A DNA stretch of 64,000 nt. It comes from Cenococcum geophilum. Its lineage: Eukaryota. Positions 27,792 through 40,899 of the stretch are shown one piece after another (within the stretch, counting starts at the first letter, position 1; every line of letters starts with the position of its first letter). Position numbers and translations under genes: made by a program. The notes below the pieces were generated by a model. The model was given only the letters and a program-made list of their open reading frames with translations. It did not search any database and was not told the DNA's origin. The stretch is from the NCBI GenBank assembly GCA_050273025.1, contig CP158635.1:2790001-2854000 (forward strand). Reading direction: 5' to 3'.

Positions 27792-30700
27792 ATGAGCACT
27801 AAACAGGTAAAAGGATATTAGAGAGAACTAAATCTAGACGAGCAGATAGAGGTAGCCCTGAGGGATGGGCTCTCCGAGGATAGGTCTGGGATCGATAGCA
27901 ATCCCGTTTATAGAAAACTAAATAAAAAGACTAGCTAACCACGGTACGACGCGATATGGGATTTTTGGGAAGCGTACGTTGCTAATATTATAAAGCTAAG
28001 TCCAGAATAGCAAGCACTGACACATCTTAGGTATAAAAGGAAATATCTAGGATTGGACTTACGCAATATAGAAGACATAAAGCATATTACTAAAGCTGTC
28101 GGATACTTAACCCCCGGCAGACTAGATAAAGAGACGGGAAGAGTAACTGTTAAAACGGTACGGAATAAGATGCGAAAACTTATGTTAATATAGCAGCGCA
28201 AGACCAACTTTACCATTCCTCCAAAAGTCCATAACTTAGTAGCTCCTATAAGTGTGCCTACGGGCTAGCCTACTCTAAAGTATTACTATATGATGCATTT
28301 ACTAACGAGAGAGAAAGTATATTAAAGACGTGCTTAGATATACGATTCCGCTGTTAATAGAGGAAAAGGCACCCACGTTCTTAATAATAGAGAACTACGT
28401 CGACATAGAGGAGCTCTTGTGGCAGTATAACTACCATAACTACGTCTATAAAGGGTGCCGTGTGGATTTAAGTGCCCTATTGAAGATGCATTGCTATACT
28501 TCTGCAAGGTTACAGGAAATATGCAAGGCGACGTATAAGGTGAGATACCAAGTCTAAGGTGGAAATGAAACCCTAATTTTCGTGCTAACTATTACCAACA
28601 GGACCTCGTTTGTATGGTTGTATGGAAAGATGGAGAGCTAGAGATTAAGATAAGTTTTAAAAGAGAATTTACTAAAGGAATATAAGACACGCCAAAAAAG
28701 TAAGTCTAAAGTGGTTCATTCCAAGGCTCGGGTGGGTTGCTAACAGCTTATACACAGACCAAAACATCCATTGTATGAGAGGTTGAAGCCCGCGCCTCCT
28801 CTTTCTGCCAACGGCCTCTTGTTTCTACTCGCTATTATTATCTCGGCTGGCGCGTTTAGGGACTACAGTACTATTAAGGATGTCCTCGCTGCTAGACCGC
28901 CGCCGGGCAGAAAGTACCGGATCATAGATTGGGCGGATAGGATGTTGGACGATCTGGTTTTTCTGGAGATGTCTACAGATAGACCAACCGAGAAGACTAA
29001 AAACGAGACCGTGTGGGGCCACTAGTGTTTAGACTAGGCGAAAAGGGCCGGTTTTACAGGAGGGATGGGGCTCTATGCCACCCGTCGTAAAGCGCTTATT
29101 AAGGTAGACGGTAAGGGGTACTTACTTTGAATAAGTTCATGGTATAGCAGGCTAATTAGCAACAGACAGCGGCTATTTACTAGGGCAGGTTATAAAGTTC
29201 GCCGCGCATAGGAACTTAAAGTCTCTTGTCGGCCACTACTTAAATAATATAAGTAATATGGACGGTGCAGCAGTCTTCCTCGGCCTGGAGCCGCGGCGGG
29301 ATCTTATAGAAGACTTCCGCTCTGCGTCCATAAGGAGAAACCCGGATCTCCAGCACTTGCTTCTAGGAAAGTGCCTAGATGAGCTAAGACAGCGCTAGGA
29401 CTTTACCAATCTTGGCGAGCAGATTAACAACCTCTCCGCTTAGATTACGGCTGCTATTATAGAGAAGGGGCGCCAAGAGCTCAAGGCTTAACGGCTATGT
29501 CTATGATCAGCGTTAAAAGCTCATTAATGAAGAGTTGGCGAACTACCGCAGGACGCAACGGCGAGTATACACCACCCAATGTGAGGTAGACGACCAGGGC
29601 GAGTGGCACCGCAGTTACTTTGACCGTGTTGTCCGCCGCATGGTTCCCGAGCGCGATCACCTCGCTCGTACTTTACCGATCGCCGCCCCGCTACGGAGTC
29701 CAGAAGGTATCTCCGCCCTCTAAGACCTTATTGCGCTTCGCACAAACGATTCCCGTGTTGCGTACCAGGAAGCGTTACGGCCCATAGGAGGTTGCTATCC
29801 AGTACCGACCTACGGCCAGGAGATTGAAGAGTAAGGATAGTCCCCCCTCATTAGTGCCACTTCTGCTAATAGAACGCCTCAGCATCGTCGTGAAAGAGAG
29901 GTGGAAGCATATATACCGGTGCTCCAAAGACTACCATAAGAAGCAATCTGGCTTCGCCGAATTTTGCTTCCGGTGCAGTAGGTGGATAACCAGCGAGACA
30001 GATTAGGAAGCCTACTGCCAAGATCATATCGATAATCTTAATGTGCCTTTCCGGTACGAACTAGTTACTTTCCGCTACGCCGTTGCCTGCGCCGGATATT
30101 GCAGTGGATGTCTGAGGAAAAAATGGCTACTAGCAGCCGTACGGATGAGACAGTTCCATGATTGGACAAGCTGGCAAAGATATATCTCTAACTGCATCTC
30201 AGAGTATGTTGAGAGTCTAGATAGCAAGGACTCTATTCCATACCCGCATTTGCTATGCACTGTAGTGCTTTATTCGGAATCTAACTTATGGAACCACCTT
30301 GGAGACATATATAGCACTTACAAGCTAGATGTATGGAAGAAGCGCCAACGTTAGCAAGAAGAGGGCGATGATGAACGAGCCGAAATGTCGGGTGCCGCTA
30401 AGAAGAAGCGGCCTCGACTCTAAGGAAAGCTAGAAGATAAGGACTGTAAAGTACCGGGTGGTTAAAAATCTGCCCCCAAAAGTCGCTCTAAAGATCCTCT
30501 TGACCACTTATTTATGAATATCTCGGCAGTGGAATTTGATCCATGCCTAGCGGATAGCGTTAAGATGGCAGCAGTGTCTAGCGGTTCCTTATTACGTCGC
30601 AGCACCCCAATTGGCAGCGCCTGGGATAATCACGAGGACTGTTATAGTACGGATACTTCGCTCTCGTCTCTGTCAGACGACGTTCCCGAAGCAGTTCCTT

Positions 30701-32826
30701 AAACTGGAGAGGAGTGCCGTTCTCCCTAGACAACTCCATTGGAAGCTACCACTGTTGACCTCCTTAGTGATTCTGAACCTTGGAACTTTAACGCGATCAC
30801 CGATGCTATCTTTTCTCCTGTTGAGTCTTAGGAGGACTGGATTCTGTCCGGCCCCGAGACTCCTCCATTATATCCGGCCAGGATCCGGGCAGTAACACTT
30901 GGCAGTAACTTTACTGCCCGAATCTCTTGCCAAGTTTCGTTCTGCCGGTGTAAAATCAGTGGCTTGGAGCTTGTTTTTAGTGTTGTAGATCTAGATTTTA
31001 GAGCCGTAGATCAATCGATCGGCGTAGAGCCGTTGCATCGCAGTAAAGCTATGTCTAAGTAATCTACATCGTAATCCTTAGCATGGTGTTACATGTGGAA
31101 ATATTTAATCGTAAGGGGTTTATATTTTAATTAAATTTATAAGATTACAACTAAAAGTCCTTGCGGCGTAGTGGTATAGTATATTCTACGGTTGTATTGA
31201 TTTAGAGCTAGCCTAACAAGATTTAGGGTTACTCGGTCACTAGAGGAAAGTCATAATACTTAGCATAGTATTAAATTTAGGGTGCCTCTGCTACTGTAAT
31301 AGTAGAGACGCCCCAAATTTCTAACAATTAAGATTTTAGACTGCAGTAGACTAACTACTCACTAAAATATAGGGTGTCTCCGTTACTATAGTGGCTACTG
31401 CAGTAATAGAGACACCCTATATTTATAAATTTAGATTTTAATCGCAATTATATCCGTGCAAATATAGAAGCCAGAGGCAAATTAACGTGTAAAAGTAATT
31501 TGTTTAAGAGTTATAAGTTACAAAGGTAATTTAAACAAGGACTTAAGAGGGAGGGTTACCTTAGGAGAAGAGCAAGCAGATAGTAAATAAATATCCCGGG
31601 CGCTTTAACACCAAAGTACTCCAAGACACACCACCGCACGGTTATATTATTGTATTTGGTGGGTCCCACAATACTAATTTATAACTTAGACGTGCTAGAA
31701 AATACTACATTATCTATACTATTGGGAGAGGGGCTAAGGGAGGGGAGGTCGTCGAATCTACTACGGCAACTTATTTCTTTCCTATTCTTTCTTTAAAGTA
31801 ATAAGATAACTATACCCATTTGGAACGCTAGAGTGCTTACCAGCTTCTAGCTTGAGTAAGTGTTTAGGAGGGATTGGTTAAATAGCTGCCTGCGTTTCCG
31901 CGATCGCGTTCTCGTTTCTTAGCTTCTTATAGGCCTTCTATTTGGCTGGCTGGGTTTTCTAGGGCGCGGCGGCGGCGGTAACAGAGGTAGAGGCATCTAT
32001 TTTGGGTAAGGGTCTTGGTCTAGAGCGTAGGGAGCCATTGCCACGTATTTATATAAAGCTTGGGTGGCGATTAAGCGGTGTTGAGAATCTTGGCGGTAAT
32101 GTGTACGTCCGTTTAACTGTGTAGCAGCCTGCGGGGCATGCCGGGGTAAGGGGGTATTGGTGAACATTGCATTTGTATGGCTTTTACTAGTAAAATAGGT
32201 GCCCGAGTAGTGCCTTGGCTACCCTGACCGCCTGCTAAGCCGCCGCCGATCAAAAGATTCGGGCAGTAAAGTTACTGCCAAGTGTTACTGCCCGGATCCT
32301 GGCCGCATTATATCTGTCCAGTATTCTGATGGATTTGGTTGATCCGGAGCTCCGAGATGCTCTTCCTTCTTCTATATTAAGTCTACTAACTATTGCAGAC
32401 TTAGTCGAGGATGCTCACAGAAGCATACCGATAACTACGCCAGGGCACATCGAACGCTCGGTGATACAGCCGCCTTGTAACAGCTAGCCAGTTGCAATTA
32501 ATGCCAAGAGAGGGATATAGGAGGCTGAAGCGTTGCTTGCCAAGTGGAAACGAGGCAAAACGACTTGGTACCTTATGAAGTGGAAAGGATTTCCGCACGA
32601 GGGCAATACATAGGAGAAGCGGAAGGACATAAGCCCAGAGCTTGTCGAAGGGTTTAAGGCGACCTATTAAGGGAACCATTCGGGCGTGCGACTGCTTAAG
32701 AAGTAAGTGCTGCGCAAAAGGGTCGAATACCTTGTTGGGTGGAAGGGTTGTCTGGAGAGCGAGAATTCTTGGGAGAAAGAAGCTACCGTAAGCCGTGAAC
32801 GAATTATGGAGTTTGAGGCGAGCTGA
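27792..32826 (+). pseudogene. DUF3435-type (Starship captain-like) tyrosine recombinase fused to Zn-finger-like motifs and two chromodomains; multi-intron, RIP stops, TIR-element insertion
   Basis: ATG at 27792. About 6 short introns with CTAAC/CTGAC-like branch sites. Motifs 'HCYTSARLQE', 'LYE...NGLLFLLAIIISAGAF', 'AKRAGF...L(Y<H)ATRR.ALIKVD', 'FAAHRN...HYL...DGAAVFLG'. Cys/His fingers at 29880-30330 and chromodomains at 32515-32823. Confidence 0.85.
30875..32305. mobile_element. Non-autonomous TIR element, Mutator-like (9-bp TSD)
   Basis: ~51-55-bp TIRs CGGCCAGGATCCGGGCAGTAACACTTGGCAG... TSD CATTATATC at 30866-30874 and 32306-32314. No intact transposase seen. Confidence 0.9.
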
Positions 32827-33229
32827 AGAAGGAAACTATTACATTGTACAATATTATTCTTAGCTGGTAACCCGGCCCGTAATCTTATCCCCGCATCCAT
32901 TTGAAAGCATATTGTGGACATCCGTCACATGATGATGATGATGATGATGAAGTTTATTCCGCCCGGAGGCACTAAGCCTAGAGGGCACTAGTACTATATT
33001 ACATAACTTCGCTTCTTTTAGTCTTGCCATATTCTCGCATAAGCCCATACATATGCCTTATTTAGTACTCCCTAGTACTATTTATGCCTTATTCTACGAG
33101 ATCTCGTGGGTAGTTAGTAGCAGGTACTCCTGGGGGGCCGTTCCTCCAAGTATTTAGTGTCCTATCTTCGGCGACTAAAGCGGGATCTGCTGGTAGCACG
33201 AGGGTGCGTGGGTTAGTTACAGTGTAGGG

Positions 33230-34370
<1,141 letters not shown>

Positions 34371-35267
34371 CTATCGCAGAGTAGGGTCCGCCTCCGTCAC
34401 ATGGCGAGCATGTTAAAGGCACTAAATGTGTGATTGGCCCGGAATAATATAGAGCCGCTCCCGCAATCTAGAAAGTTCTGAAAGAGGCACTACTTTTAGG
34501 CGAGAATGTTCGCCTCCCGAGATCTGTAAATTATTGACCCGAGGTACGAGTGGTCTATACTTTTAGGTTGGGTATTCGAATTTTCAAACTCCCGCCAAGC
34601 CAGCTTTTGATTGGTTTGAAAGTTGGCTTCTAATTGGTTAGAAAAAAACTTGCGGGCGGTAGGTTATAGCAGAATCCACATAACGAATATCAAAATACTA
34701 TAAACATCAAAATATCTTAGTATTGCACCTTCCTTTTTGTTGATACCTCTATTAATACCACTATATACATTATATATATGGCAGATCCTACTATAATTAA
34801 GTGCAGCAAGTCCTATATCCATAAGCCCCGCCTTAACTTTGTAAAAGACGGCCCTTTAAAGAAGCTTTTAAAGCTATACTAGTTATATTAGTTAAAGGTA
34901 CGTCTTCCCTATTTATTACTTCTACTTTTACTTACCTTTCTAGGCCTCTAAATATAATTTAAATAAGCGGAGAGCTCTTATAGAGTTAGGTTTTACTACT
35001 AAGAATTGTCCTATAAGGCGCTAGCAAACTGCTCTACCTAAAAACGATACTAAGAACTCCTCCCTACCTCGCGGCTAGAATAGCTAAGATACCCCTAAAA
35101 TAGCTTAACGGTAAAAGACAATTAGGGTAATATAACGGGAGCACCGCATTTTTAATCGGTGGAGTAAAGCTTACTTACCTACTCCTCCGCTATATACTAT
35201 AGATAAAGCTCTATATAGTAGAAGAGGTACTTTAAATAGCCTAAATACGTCCTTACCGGAACTAGCT

Positions 35268-35488
35268 CCTATACCTACTCTACCACTAATACCTACTTTA
35301 CCGCTAATACCTACTCTACCGCCAATACCTACTCTACCGCTAATACTACCTTCCTTACGGCAAGCTCCCTTGCGGTAAGCTCCCTTACGGCAAGCTCCCT
35401 TGCGGTAAGCTCCCTTACGGCAAGCCCCCTTACGGCAAGCTCCCTTACGGCAAGCTCCCTTACGGCAAGCTCCCTCGCGGTAAGCTCT
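35268..35488 (+). repeat. 18-bp and 15-bp (CCTTACGGCAAGCTC x~9) tandem repeats in the Rep/helicase N-terminal region
   Basis: Visible arrays. Copy 1 (~20880-20947) has far fewer units. Confidence 0.9.
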
Positions 35489-38400
35489 AACTACGGCTAC
35501 ATCCGTTTTAGCTGTTAATTGGGAGCGAATTAAGAAGTTTAAGAGTATACTATAGGCTAAATACATAGAGATGTGCAGTTATTGCAAGAAGTAGTAGTTC
35601 TAAATAGGCCTAGCTACGGAGGGTAATAATATAGGTGTATGTAAAGCCTGCGTTAAGGACGCTAATAGCCTTAAAAATCTAACCCTTTCTCCCTTATTTA
35701 GTAAAAGCAATAGGCTTAATCCGGGGCCTGTTTTTAGCTTCCTACCTATACTTACCGCGGTGGAGGAGCTTCTAATTGCGCGTGTATACGTTTATTTATA
35801 AGTCGTGCGTATACACGGCCAGCAATACCGCTATACTGGCTACGTTTGCTGCTTTAGCTAGAATATACTAAAGATTTAGAGGCAGCTACTACGGCTACCT
35901 ACTAAACTCGATATACTAGTTGTGAAGCCTATAGTAGTAGAGGGTAGCGAATACCTAAGTCGGCGGTTTACTAAGTGGTATACTATAAGGCGCTCTGCTA
36001 TAGTATAATAGCTTTACTTTTTAAAGGTTAATTATTCTAATTATTATAACGTTAAAATATATAGCACCTAGCTTACTAGCTTACTTAAAAATGGCTCTAT
36101 ATTAGACTAGCTACCTTATATTAATAAGTTAGAGTCTAATTTTAGTGGCCCGACAGCTTACCCTGCTACTCCTATATAATATCCTTCTACTATTAATCCT
36201 CTGCCTACCGAGCTTGGTAGTAATATACTAGATAGCGAATTTAATAATAATATACTAGATACTTTAGTTCCTAATCTAGTGCCTAACCTTAATAAATTAG
36301 AGCTTTTAGGTCGCGAGGTTTAATACTAATAAGACCTATAAGTGGGCCTAGAGGTTCCTATTATGCGACAGACACCTCTCTTTAAGTGATTAGCTAGTTT
36401 TATTATGCGCGGCGCCTTTTCTACCCTATTTCCTTATAGTAAAGTAGATTTTAATATACTATAAAGCCGTACGGTTACCCTAGCTGCGTACGCTAAGTAT
36501 ATACTTAAGTATTAGGATAGTCGGTTTGGCCGCCACCCCTTATTTCGCTACTATGTGTTTAATTGGATTATAAAAGAGTAAGCCCTTAACGCTACCCGCT
36601 TCCTTTACGGCTAATTAAATAAAAATAGTCTATCTTTAGATAAGCTTAGTAATCTTATAAATAGTAGTAGGGGTAACTAGGTTCTAAATAAGATTGTATA
36701 GTATATACGGAAGCTTAAGGGTACTAGGCCTTACTAGAAGTAGAAGAGAAATAAGCTTATAGCTTATACTAAGAATATTAAGAGCGGGTCTTTATTCTTT
36801 ATACTTAGCGCTGCTAATCTATATTAGTATAATCTACACTTTTATATGCCTTAATTTAATAAATATAAGGCTGCTAATAAGGCTTAGCGCTACCGGATTA
36901 CTTTTTAGAATCTTAATAATAACCTATATATTGCTGCTTACTAACTATATCGCCGCTTTAATCTGTTTAGAAAGCACGTACTTATAGGTCTATTTAATAG
37001 CACTAACTTTTAGTCCTAATATAAGTAGTAGGTGCGAGGTAGCGGCTATATATATAGCTTCTTATAGAGTTTAATAGCCCTAAGGCTAGATCCGTTAACT
37101 AGTAAATTAAGGGCGGCTTTTACTAAGTACTAGGCTACTTTTATATCTATAATAAATCCTAATTAATCTAGGCCTCTTAATCTTTAATATCCTTCTACTC
37201 TTAGCTATAAAGAATAGCTTAATACTAGTGAGCTTCTTACTACCTACCTTAATCGATTTCAACGGCACTATAATTATACTAAATCTTACTGCTTAAGATT
37301 AAAGAAAGGCTCCGCTAGAGTAAAGGAGTGCCACTTTTACTTTCCATACTCTCTCCGCGATAAGGCCGCTATATTAAAGGATTAAAATCTATATTACTGG
37401 ACGTTCTATCCGCAGCGTAATAATAAGCTTTTTAATAGCTATAATTTAGCTATAATACTAGCGTAGATAGTAAATATTAATACATCGCCCGCTATAAGTA
37501 TATTAGTAATAGTTAACTATATAGGCAAATATTATAGTAAGGAAGAGAAGAAGTTAACTTCCTACTAGGAGTTACTTTAATTAGTATAGCCGCACGTCAA
37601 TAATCTTTATGCCTTTAGTTTAATAGTAGCTAAGTTTATAAATAAGCTTATTACTAAACGCGATTAGTTAGCGCAGGAGGTATACTATCTACTTTTTAAT
37701 ATTCCCCTTTCCGAAGGCTTAAGGAATATAGTAACTTTAGACTGCCGCTAGAAGGATAATTAAAGCGCTATATATAAGCTTAAGGATAGGCAACTAAGGG
37801 CACGAACTGTCTAACTATAAGAAATATAAGCGCCGCCTAGATGGGGTAGAGGACGTTACTTTCCTTAATTTTTTACTCTATTTTAATTACTCTACTTATA
37901 AGCGTTAACTAAGAGCAAGGCCTTAAGTTATATCGTACTTTCCGCGATATAAAGGCGATCCTTCCTATTTATAGTATCCTAAGTTCTACTATATAAAGCT
38001 TATTCTTTATTATATATAGAGGGAGTATAAGGAAGTAGCTACTTATACTAATAGATTTAGGGCCCCTAATTATATGGCTTCCTATTAAGCTTACGTTGAC
38101 TTTTATTAGTACCCACCTAACTACTTCTATAATTAAAAACTAAAGAAAGGTTATAAAACTGCTAATAATATTAATAAGTTTAAGGGCAATTTTGTAGACG
38201 ACTTGGAGCTATACTAGTCCTTTAAGGCCCTATATATCCGCGTTTAAAATACTAACAGAGTTAAAATTAAGGATCCTAATAGGCTTAGTAATAGGGAGCT
38301 TAATTATAACTATAACTAGAGTATATATTGGGGTACATACCCGCAGCTTAATAAGAGGACTTATTAGTAGGAAGTACGGCTATAGCTATTCTGCCCAATA

Positions 38401-40171
38401 CCGGTACACGGCTTATTCTGGAATATTTCTACCTCATTCCGGAACAGATCGTCCTTAAAGAGGAACAAATCGTGTATCGCTTTGAGCTGCTTTATTCCGG
38501 ATTAATTGCTTTATTCTGGAATAGATTTAAAGCTATATGAAGCTTTTTGACGTGTTCTGCCTAATACCGGTACACGGCTTATTCCAGAATATTTCTGCCT
38601 CATTCTAGAACAGATTGTCCTCAAAGAGGAACAAATCGTGTATCGCTTTGAGCTGCTTTATTCCGGATTAATTGCTTCATCCCGGAATAGATTTAAAGCT
38701 ATATAAAGCTTTTTAATAAAGCTTTTTAGTAGATTTTAGCTGTTTCTATGAGTTGATTTAGGAAGTATAGTGTAGTTAATGGTTATAAATAAGGACTAAT
38801 ATATAATCTTATTAATTTTGGGCGTAAAATAAGTAATAATATATCCTTAATATTATAATTAATCATCTGGTGGAGCATAATTATATAAAATCTTAATTTT
38901 TTAATAAGATTTTGTAAGGCTTTAGAGATTAAATTTAACTACCCCCCTAAACCACCACAATACTATTAGATTCCATCTAAACTAGGTTACGCTGTAATTT
39001 ATAAATATATTTAAAGGCTTTTCCACGTTGTGGATATAGTCTATAGGTAGTAGAAACCAATTAGGTGGGGGGCGGTTAATCGCGTTCCCTAATACTAAAA
39101 TTTGCAAATTATATAAAGCCTTAAACCTACTAAGATCTATTAAAAGCCGGGCTTTTTAATGTTCTGCTAGCTATAGACTAATTGCCTAATTAGGTTTAGT
39201 ATAGTTATAATTTAGATTTCTCCTGCCTGCGCTAGCCTTGCCTGCTCTATTATCCTCCTCTCCTTTAACTTCCGCAGCCTTTATAGTAGGCTTAATTAAT
39301 TACTTTCCTTATTTATTATTGCCGATTAAGGTTATATAAGGCTTTAAGGTTGTGTAGAGCTTTAAGGTTATATAGAGCTTTAAAGTTATATAGAGCTTTA
39401 AGGTTGTGTAGAGCTTTAAGGCTTTATCTTCTGCTAGGGGCGCTTTAGCTAAAAGGTTATCTAAGAACTAGCAAGTCTCCTATAGCTTATAGCTCTTAAA
39501 GGTAGTTTGCCAAAATCTTCGGTTAGTTAATTTATATAAGCTCTCCCTCTATAGCAGTAGAAAGAATACTCTATATTTCCTTTTTAATAGCTATATCGCT
39601 AATTGCTATATCCTTACTTATACCCACAGCTAATAGGTCACGCAGTTATTAGATAAGCTTTTACTATTATAAAAAGCGGTATAACTTTACCAATACTTAT
39701 AGAGATTTAAGCATTATAAGTCTCTCTTGGTTTAATTAACTCGCTGCTAAAAAAGGGCTCTTTAACGATTCCGTACTAAGTGCGAATTTTATAGTAGCTA
39801 CGGTTTTAAATCTTATATATATAGCCGGGTATGCGAGAGATCTTAGTGGCCTTTTAAAGCTTTCTAGGAATTAGAAAAAGGACGAAGTTGCCTATATTAA
39901 ATGTAGTAATAGAATGCTACGTACTATACTTCTTCTTTATCCGTTCTTAAAAGCGAGCTAATTATTATCGAACTCTCTTATAAATATTTAATATATTATA
40001 AAGGGAGCTCGACCCTACAGAAGGCCTCTGTAGCCGTAGTTCCTTTTAGTGCTCTTCTAGCTTTTTTAATACCCGCTGCTTAAGCTCTCGCTATAGTGGA
40101 ATTGCGTGTATAGGATTATTAGAGTTCTTAATTGCCCAAACTAAGTTATGCCTATAGGTAGGCTTAGTAAT

Positions 40172-40899
40172 TCCACAGACCAGATTTGGCTCTATAGTTT
40201 TTACTATAGAGAGCGAAGAAAAAAGACAAGAAATCCTTAAGCAAAAAGAGATATCAATTGCAGGTACAGCTACTAAGGTAGTAAAATACCTCGAAGTCTC
40301 TCCTACTACGCAGTGTACGAGCTGCCAAAAATTTGGCCATATAGGAGACAGGTGCTCTACTAGGGCCTGCAGATACTGTGCGGCTGCACATTTATCTAAA
40401 GACCATTCCTGTTCTACCTGTATAACAACAGGCAAGCCTTGCCAGCATACCACCCCTCTTTGCATTAATTGTAAAGAAAAACACTTTGCTAATAGTAAAG
40501 ACTGCGAGACTCTTAAAGCTGCTAAACTAGTACGCGAAGAAGATTCTATGGAAGAATAAAAACAGATAGGATTCTAGAAGGAGGCAACTCCTACTAGGCT
40601 CTTAAAAAGATATTAGAGAGCAAAAGGACAGAAATAAATTGCAAAAGGACAGGGACAGGGGTTAGGATTTCTTACAGTTTTTCTTACCATTTTCTCATTC
40701 CCTAGCAGTTGTAGTATCTTAGTATTTTACTAGGAAACTATAAACTCCTAATTTAGGGGTTTATAAACTACTAGGACATAGCTACTAGTACATATTAAGC
40801 TGCCTAGAAAGGATTTATGTATATAGAACTATAGCGCCATAGCCTAAGGCTGCATGCGCAGTATTGTACGTAGTATAATACAATGGATAAAAAAAAAAA
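40172..40899 (+). mobile_element. 5'-truncated non-LTR retro-insertion (gag-like Zn knuckles, 3' region, poly(A))
   Basis: TSD GGCTTAGTAAT at 40161-40171 and 40900-40910, A11 tail. Stop-free frame 40173-40559 with CxxCxxxGHxxxxC, CxxCxxxH and CxNCxxxH. Confidence 0.9.

Noticed and set aside
27174..27802. Overlapping 60-106 aa ORFs
   Set aside because: Arise from GC-rich leader sequence and CT-rich tandem repeats, with no domain features.
32860..33048. Poly-His ORF
   Set aside because: Product of a short (GAT)n microsatellite between two convergent genes, with no other coding support.
35171..35566. 131-aa (KGACR)n ORF
   Set aside because: Antisense reading of tandem repeats within the Rep/helicase gene.
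40091..40465. 124-aa minus-strand ORF
   Set aside because: Antisense shadow of the gag-knuckle frame, and it crosses the insertion junction.
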